Shown here piece by piece: positions 34,512-41,310 of a stretch of 41,310 bases of DNA. Below the pieces are notes generated by a model. That model did not search any database. It was not told the DNA's origin and saw only the letters and a program-made list of their open reading frames with translations. Every line of letters starts with the position of its first letter. Within the stretch, counting starts at the first letter, position 1. The stretch is taken from NCBI RefSeq assembly GCF_001194135.2, contig NC_068983.1, positions 153,612,710 through 153,654,019 of the forward strand. Direction: 5' to 3'. This stretch comes from Octopus bimaculoides (Eukaryota). The position numbers were made by a program, and so were the translations under genes.

Positions 34512-37474
34512 NNNNNNNNNNNNNNNNNNNNNNNNNNNNNNNNNNNNNNNNNNNNNNNNNNNNNNNNNNNNNNNNNNNNNNNNNNNNNNNNNNNNNNNNN
34601 NNNNNNNNNNNNNNNNNNNNNNNNNNNNNNNNNNNNNNNNNNNNNNNNNNNNNNNNNNNNNNNNNNNNNNNNNNNNNNNNNNNNNNNNNNNNNNNNNNNN
34701 NNNNNNNNNNNNNNNNNNNNNNNNNNNNNNNNNNNNNNNNNNNNNNNNNNNNNNNNNNNNNNNNNNNNNNNNNNNNNNNNNNNNNNNNNNNNNNNNNNNN
34801 NNNNNNNNNNNNNNNNNNNNNNNNNNNNNNNNNNNNNNNNNNNNNNNNNNNNNNNNNNNNNNNNNNNNNNNNNNNNNNNNNNNNNNNNNNNNNNNNNNNN
34901 NNNNNNNNNNNNNNNNNNNNNNNNNNNNNNNNNNNNNNNNNNNNNNNNNNNNNNNNNNNNNNNNNNNNNNNNNNNNNNNNNNNNNNNNNNNNNNNNNNNN
35001 NNNNNNNNNNNNNNNNNNNNNNNNNNNNNNNNNNNNNNNNNNNNNNNNNNNNNNNNNNNNNNNNNNNNNNNNNNNNNNNNNNNNNNNNNNNNNNNNNNNN
35101 NNNNNNNNNNNNNNNNNNATTTATTGATGGTAGTATATATGTGTGCGTTGGTGTGTGTGTAGGTATGTATGTACGAAATGTATTTGTGTGCCAGCGTCAG
35201 TTTTTGTATCTGTGTCCGTCTATATATATGAGTTTATGCGTCTAAGAATACATATATTTACGTAGATATGTAGTTGTTGTAATGTTGGTATGGCGATGCT
35301 CCTTTCTCTATAAATGTCTGTGAATATTTGCCACTGTATGTGTCTGTATGTTTAGAAGAAACTATAGGAATGATAAATATACTAATTCGCAGATATTGAA
35401 AAGCTAGAGTAAAAATATTGGATAATGAGAAAAAGTGAAAGGAGAGTAAAAGGACTAAACGTGTGTAATGAAAAATTTTAAACAGCTGTCAAAGGTTTTC
35501 TTATTCATAATTGCACATTGTCACACATATTTGAAAAGCTCGTTTATCTTTTGAGAATAACATGTTCGGTGAACCTTTTTGTACAGTTCGTAGATACGTA
35601 GTCGCACAAGTCAACATAATTTCGTGTATATGCATATATAAATAGACATGGTCATAAAAATATAAATTCTTTACATATACACACACGCAACCATACATAC
35701 ATACATATATATTATGTACAGACATATTCAACATTATCTGTCAGTGTGTCTGTGTGTGTAAGAAATATGACTCGGCATCTATTTCTTTGGATTAGTTTTA
35801 CAATGGAAATTACGCATTGACATAAAAAAATATTTCTTTGTGTGTCTAATAGCATTATCGAAACTATATATATATGTACGTATTCATGTCTCACTGCTCT
35901 ATGTTTCGATCTTACGATTGTGTCAAACTAATGATGAAAGAGGATAATTTAATATAATATATCATTACAATTTTGGAAAAAGGATTTCGGACAGATAGAA
36001 GAGTGGATGAGTGGATGAAAAATATATTGAGAGAATGAGGATATTTGTGAGAGAAACCTAAACCAATCCAAATAAAATATAAAAAGAATGTTACTTCCGT
36101 CTGTCATGTCTAATTTTATTATAAATTATGTTTAGAGGTGTGGAAATGAATTTAAACTATGAAGAGTTTACTCAAAGTACAAATAAACAAAGTATAAGAA
36201 AGAAGAAAAGAAAACATATTCACAAAGTAAAAAGGTAGTCAAAAAGGATCTCATACAGAAGAAACCTTTTTGAAATTGGGAAGAATTATAATGCATGAAG
36301 TTCATTCAAATTTGTGTAAATGTGCGAAACAACTGTGAAATATTGTTTTGAGAAGGCGATTGCATCATAAATAAATTTGCTCGTCGTATTGATTATATAA
36401 ACAGAAATGCAAATAGCAACTATGATATACTACTTTTACACATTATATAATAACATTACGAGTTGACAAAGCTATTTACACTTGAAGTTTTCAAATATAA
36501 CATAGATTAGACTCATCTAGAAAAAGCTTGTTTAGTTTTACTAGTAAAGCAATACTAAAATATACGAAAATGTAACTCTGGACTATAATTGAGACTTCAT
36601 ATCTATTTGAAACAGGGTTAAAATAAGGGCAAAAATCTAGTTCTTTGTCATTTGAAGGCATGCATGTCCATTTCGAAATGTGTTTCGTTATTATTTCTTG
36701 ATGAATTTTGATAAAATTACATCAAAGTCAAGAAAAGTAATAACAGCCGCCAAACTAATATAAAGTCTTCAAACTGAAGATTCTGTCACATAGCAGCACA
36801 AGACAAACTGCTATACTTTATAAATACTCTTTCTATCACGGGCTGAAAAAAAAAAAAAAAAAAAANNNNNNNNNNTGTTGCCCTCATGACGGATTAAACA
36901 CGGAATATTTAACACTACATGATACAACGGAGCCAATGATCTGCAAAGTTTCATATTTTTAAAGCGATCCGTCATCAAAGGGATATATCCACCAAAAATC
37001 AATACTGCAAAATGTTACTAAATTAAGCTAAAAACAATTTAAATAAGTATATCTCTCGCGTCTCTGACAGAAACTTCGTTTCTATTTATGATTATTCCTC
37101 CGTTAAATTCTTGATTTCTTTCTTCCTCTTTTTCTTCCAGAACTGATAACAATTAGCACTGTTTCTTTTCTTCTCGCAGTCTATTGCTTAGAACAATACA
37201 AATGAATTAAGATACTAATTAAGATACAGTATATACGTTTTGATATACCGATCGCTCTCTGTCGATAACAACGAAATTTTATTCCGCCTGCCGGCTAAAT
37301 GCGGCATTGTTGACATTTCAATCCTTATTTAAATATATTTCCTAGCAGCTGATTATCGCTTAGCGAACAGTGCTTCATACGAAGCTCAAAAATATATAAG
37401 TGCGTATTTAACCATGGTGCTACCGCTACTGGGCGAAGTTCACCGGCTGCTAATATATTTCAGTGTTTTTCATA

Positions 37475-37784
37475 AGAGGATGTGATAAAAAGTTCATAGG
37501 CTGACTATAAATAAGTGATGCTAAAGGTATGAAGTCGTGCATGCAATAATTTCAATACCTATCAATAGCCACATATTTTTTCCCGAAATAAATTGACATC
37601 TGACTCTTCAAAGAAGACTTGAATAGTAACTGGTAGCGAATTCTCTTGAAAATAAACAAAATTTGGCATCGTACTGGTTTCAAGTACCTGTAGAAAAAGG
37701 GATCAGCCATTCATGTAGCAATGGCTGTTACTTTAGGGGATGACTTTCCAGCTTTATCAACAGTGCAAAAGTGGGCAGCTGAAT

Positions 37785-37786
<2 letters not shown>
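37475..37786 (+). mobile_element. Mariner 5' fragment (TIR, leader and transposase HTH N-terminus)
   Basis: TA|AGAGGATGTGATAAAAAGTTC terminus; 37652-37786 translates INKIWHRTGFKYL*KKGSAIHVAMAVTLGDDFPALSTVQKWAAEF, the mariner N-terminal HTH pattern with the start codon lost. Confidence 0.88.
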
Positions 37787-37833
<47 letters not shown>

Positions 37834-39965
37834 TAATAATAATAATAATGAAATTATGGTATAAATTGCTCAGGTGCACTACAACTTGTCAAAAGTGCGC
37901 ATAAAGCATATGCAATAATGTACAAATGTCTGGAAAGTGAACAGTGTATGAGTCAGATACATGCTTGCGTGTGTATGGAGGGGACAAAATCAGGTGTAGT
38001 GTTGGCAAATCTCGGGAAGCATGGACGTTTTGAAGGAAGCAGTGCTCCGACAACTAACAACTGATGCCGGTAGTTTGTTCCATATTTCAGCAACTCTTAG
38101 CGTGAAAAAATGTTTTCGAAAGTCACGGGAGCTGTGCTGTTTTCTGACTTTGTAAACATGTCTACGGGTGTTAGACAGGTGGAGTTTGAAAAGGAGCTCA
38201 GAGTTATTGTTAGTTAGCTGGTTAATACTTTTATGGGTGTCTGCCAAGTCAGTTGTCAGACGTCGGAATTTCAATGTATCCATGCCCAGGGAAGTAAGGC
38301 GTTCGGAATATGGCAAATGCCTGATAGAGGGTATCCTCTTGGTTGCACGTCGCTGAACAGTTTCCAGACGATTAATATCCTGGGCAAGATGGTGGTTCCA
38401 GACCTGTGATGCAAATACCAGGTGAGGCCGCACCATAGCTATATAAAACCTCAGGTAGATAGCCGGAGCGCAGCTCACAAAGAATTTGCTAAATGATGCC
38501 AAGACACCTTCAGCTTTCTTGGCAATTTTAGTAATGTGTTTTGTCTAACGCAAATCATTGTCGACAATAATGCCCAGGTTAGGTTCACAAGAAAAATTTT
38601 GAGATTAGTGTTCTGAAGGGAGTAAGTAGACGCTGGATCTTTCCTCACAAAATGCATGGTGGTACATTTGTCCACAGCCAGCTTGACCTTCCAGTCCATG
38701 ATACATTGCTGCATTGTGTCCAGGTCTGATTGCAATAAAGGTCTATAGTGTACAGGATCTGTCCTCTTTATTTCGAGGTACAGCTTCATGTAATCTGCAT
38801 ATTTCAGCACTATGGCGTTCTTTAAGTTGGCATCTATGTCATTAATATATGCAACAAATAAAAGAGGGCCAATAACAGATCCATGTAGTACACCAGATGT
38901 CATCTCATAGGGTGAAGAGTGCTGTCTTAGAAGTGTGATAACCTCTTTCGGCCGATAATGGACTTCAACCAGTTATAGAGATCATCTCTTACACCCATTG
39001 CAAACAGTTCCACCATACAGAATTAAAAGCCTTAGCAAAGTCCAGGTAAATAACAACCACCCAGGAGCCGCCATCTCTGATTCGGGAAATGTCCTCAAGA
39101 AACTCAATGAGTTTATTACAGCAGCTGGAGTTAGGAATAAATGCAAATTGTGACGGCTGTTTGAGACTGTGACTTCCAGAAGTTCCAGGTTTCTCTGACA
39201 CAGGATTCCATCCGTTTGGCGATTCAGCTAGTAAGACAGACAGGGCGATAGTTGACAGGCGATGTGTGGTCACCTTTTTCGAATAAAGGGATAACACTGG
39301 CAGTTTTCCACTGCACTGGAGTAACACCATTGTCAAGAGAGAAATGAAAGAAAAGTGAAAATTGGTTCAGAAGAAAGTACCCACCGCGTTTGAGAAATAG
39401 GTATATAATATCATCGAGACCAGGAGAGGCATAGTTAGGTTTATGCTTAAGGCTGCGTTGTAGCATTACTGGTGTAGATTTCATAGTAGTTATAGAGACC
39501 GGTGTCAGAGGCGATGGAGATCGAATATTTTGATTTTCGACAGTAAAGATGCCTGCATAGCATCCAGCAATAATTTCTGCACATTCTTTGGGATTGTCAG
39601 TAATCTGGCCTGTGTGGGGATTGCGAAGGGGACCAACTGGAGAGTGAGGTCTCTACTTTGAATGTACTTCCAGAACACTTAGCTGTCAGAGTTGAATGCT
39701 ATGCACTGTTCGAATTGAAGCACTGCTTTTTTGTCACCTGCTTGAGATGGTTGGATGATCTATTGCGCTTTTGCCTGTTGATTTCTGGTTTGTCATTTTG
39801 TATTCCCGTTCAACATTACTGCATTCTTTCCTGCAAATCAGAGTGCTGCAGTCTCCCAAATTGCATCATTGGGTGTTTTTTTTGTGCTTGCGTGGTACCG
39901 ATGCTGCACAAGCCGTCCAAATTGAATTCAGAACGTTGTGAAGTATAGTGTTCACATCTCCTTAA
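37787..39965 (-). mobile_element. 5'-truncated CR1-type LINE with RT, 3' UTR and (ATT)n tail
   Basis: Motifs FWKYIQ..SPVGPL; WKTASVIPLFEKG..PVNYRPVCLTS; IYLDFAKAFNSV; SGVLHGSVIGPLLF; KYADYMKLY; VRPHLVFASQVWN; RLETVQRRATK; FFTLRVAEIWNKLP. Stop at 37990, 3' UTR ~37850-37990, tail 37787-37849. Confidence 0.93.
37990..39900 (-). pseudogene. Degraded LINE ORF2 reverse transcriptase and C-terminus
   Basis: Frameshifted ORFs 39224..39484, 38989..39336, 38475..38903 and 37990..38502; QG and YADD motifs mutated to HG and YADY. Confidence 0.92.
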
Positions 39966-39966
39966 C

Positions 39967-39997
<31 letters not shown>

Positions 39998-40024
39998 TGT
40001 ATGTATGTATGTATGTATGTATGT
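39967..40024. repeat. (TATG)n microsatellite at the LINE 5' truncation point
   Basis: Direct reading. Confidence 0.95.
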
Positions 40025-40994
40025 AGGAACCTAATTCGTGTTTCATAGAGTTATGCAGAAGTATCCGCTGTTACTAAGTTCGCTTCGCTAGTCACGTACT
40101 TGTGAGTATAGTACAGTCTTACCGAACGGCAAACTAGTAGAAGTAACTACTACATTGAACATTGATCACTCAGTTCCTGCTCACCGAAGTATGATAGCAG
40201 AAAGTTCGAGAAAACCTGTTTGGTATAAAGTCAAAAATACACATACAAGTATATATACATACACGTAGGCATCGTAAGGTTAGAGTTGTAAACAATAGTA
40301 AATTATATTTTCTATAGTGTAAATATTGGCTTATATAAGACTCATCACGTAGGTTAGTGTAAAAAAGTGTATATTAAATCAAAAGATGGCAATCTACTGT
40401 CTCGCCAAAACTTGAGCTGTTTTTGTCGGTTGTCACAAGCATAACTCGAAGCAAAAGCCAAAGTTGATTGTCATACTTTGAAATAGTAAGAACTTTTGAT
40501 GAGGGATGAAACGAGAAAGTGCGTATAGGGAGAAGAGAGAAATTTATACAATGAGAAGAAGATAGTGTTATAGCACGTTGATACATTCATTGAAATGAGG
40601 GTAAATTTTAATAACTGTAATTTACTGGAGAACTCATGTCATTGTGCAACAGGAAAACAGGAAAACATGAATGTTTTAAACATTTGGAGTAGATCACGAA
40701 TGCAATGTACCTTTGAATAAATGTGACTTTTTCTGTATCTGAGAGCATTATAATCGTTAAGAATACAGAACTACGTATAAAGCTACCTTTCCTTGAAATT
40801 CATTAGCGTGCTGTTCATATTTTGTCAATCGTTTAACAAATAAAAGTGTCATAATACTACTGAAATGCATATGTCCTCTGCTATCGTACATCTACTGTAC
40901 ACGTATTTTGCATTTATTCTTTGTCAATGTTTAGGTGTCATCAGAAATGTAATGAACTGTATTACCCATTTTGCAAATTAGAAGTCTGAGGACA

Positions 40995-41310
40995 TGTATG
41001 GTCATATATGTATATATGTATGTATGTATGTATTTATGTATGCATGTATGTATGTATGAATGTATGTATGTATGCATGTATGCATGTAGGTATGTATGTT
41101 TGTAGGTATGTATGTATGCATGCATGAATGTAAGTATGTATGTATGTATACATGCATATGCATTTATGAATGTATATATATATATGTATATATATGCATA
41201 TGATATATATAAACATATGTATATATTTATATATATATATGTGCATATACATATATATATGTATATATATATATATATATATATGCAAATATATATGTAT
41301 ATACATATAT
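40995..41310. repeat. Degenerate (TATG)n/(TA)n tract
   Basis: Direct reading. Confidence 0.9.

Noticed and set aside
1270-35162. Long ORFs of 180-313 aa in the ORF track
   Set aside because: They are X-filled frames running through N-gaps, not coding sequence.
37120-37200. Tandem strong plus-strand acceptors (cttccag at 37140, ctcgcag at 37179)
   Set aside because: All downstream frames close quickly and no donor was found; this cannot be distinguished from chance pyrimidine tracts.
3968-39965. The two LINE pieces as halves of one rearranged element
   Set aside because: Their overlapping linker regions differ strongly (NPKVFYSYAN/SAVGPDRFPASLLKEC versus FWKYIQ/ASPGLDDIIYLFLKR), so they are different families.
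7218-41306. ORFs rich in IYIY, HTHT, CVCV, SLSL or YYYY
   Set aside because: These are translations of di-, tri- and tetranucleotide microsatellites.

Overview
AT-rich animal genomic DNA from a gapped draft assembly, with most N-gaps bounded by microsatellites. The SINE and LINE sequences resemble octopus (coleoid cephalopod) repeats; this is recalled, not database-verified. I could not confidently identify a host protein-coding gene, RNA gene or CRISPR array, so the window is probably intronic or intergenic. Main content: (i) a minus-strand CR1/L2-group LINE 5' half with a degraded tandem-CCCH zinc-finger ORF1 and an APE endonuclease, breaking off before the RT (~3970-7230); (ii) a second, 5'-truncated CR1-type LINE with RT, 3' UTR and (ATT)n tail (~37787-39965), abutting a mariner 5' fragment; (iii) two different minus-strand Helitron remnants with PIF1-like helicase fragments and hairpin+CTAG/TTAG 3' ends; (iv) a 672-bp non-autonomous DNA transposon with 28-bp TIRs, an 8-bp TSD and an internal (TTAGGG)8 tract; (v) two foldback elements, one resembling half of a Penelope-type hammerhead motif; (vi) about eight tRNA-derived SINE or LINE-tail copies, including a tail-to-tail inverted pair; (vii) an R4/Dong-like C-terminal fragment; (viii) many simple repeats. 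No new biological system is demonstrated. The best leads are the CCCH-array ORF1, the telomere-repeat-carrying TIR element and the hammerhead-like foldback. All alignments and translations were done by eye.
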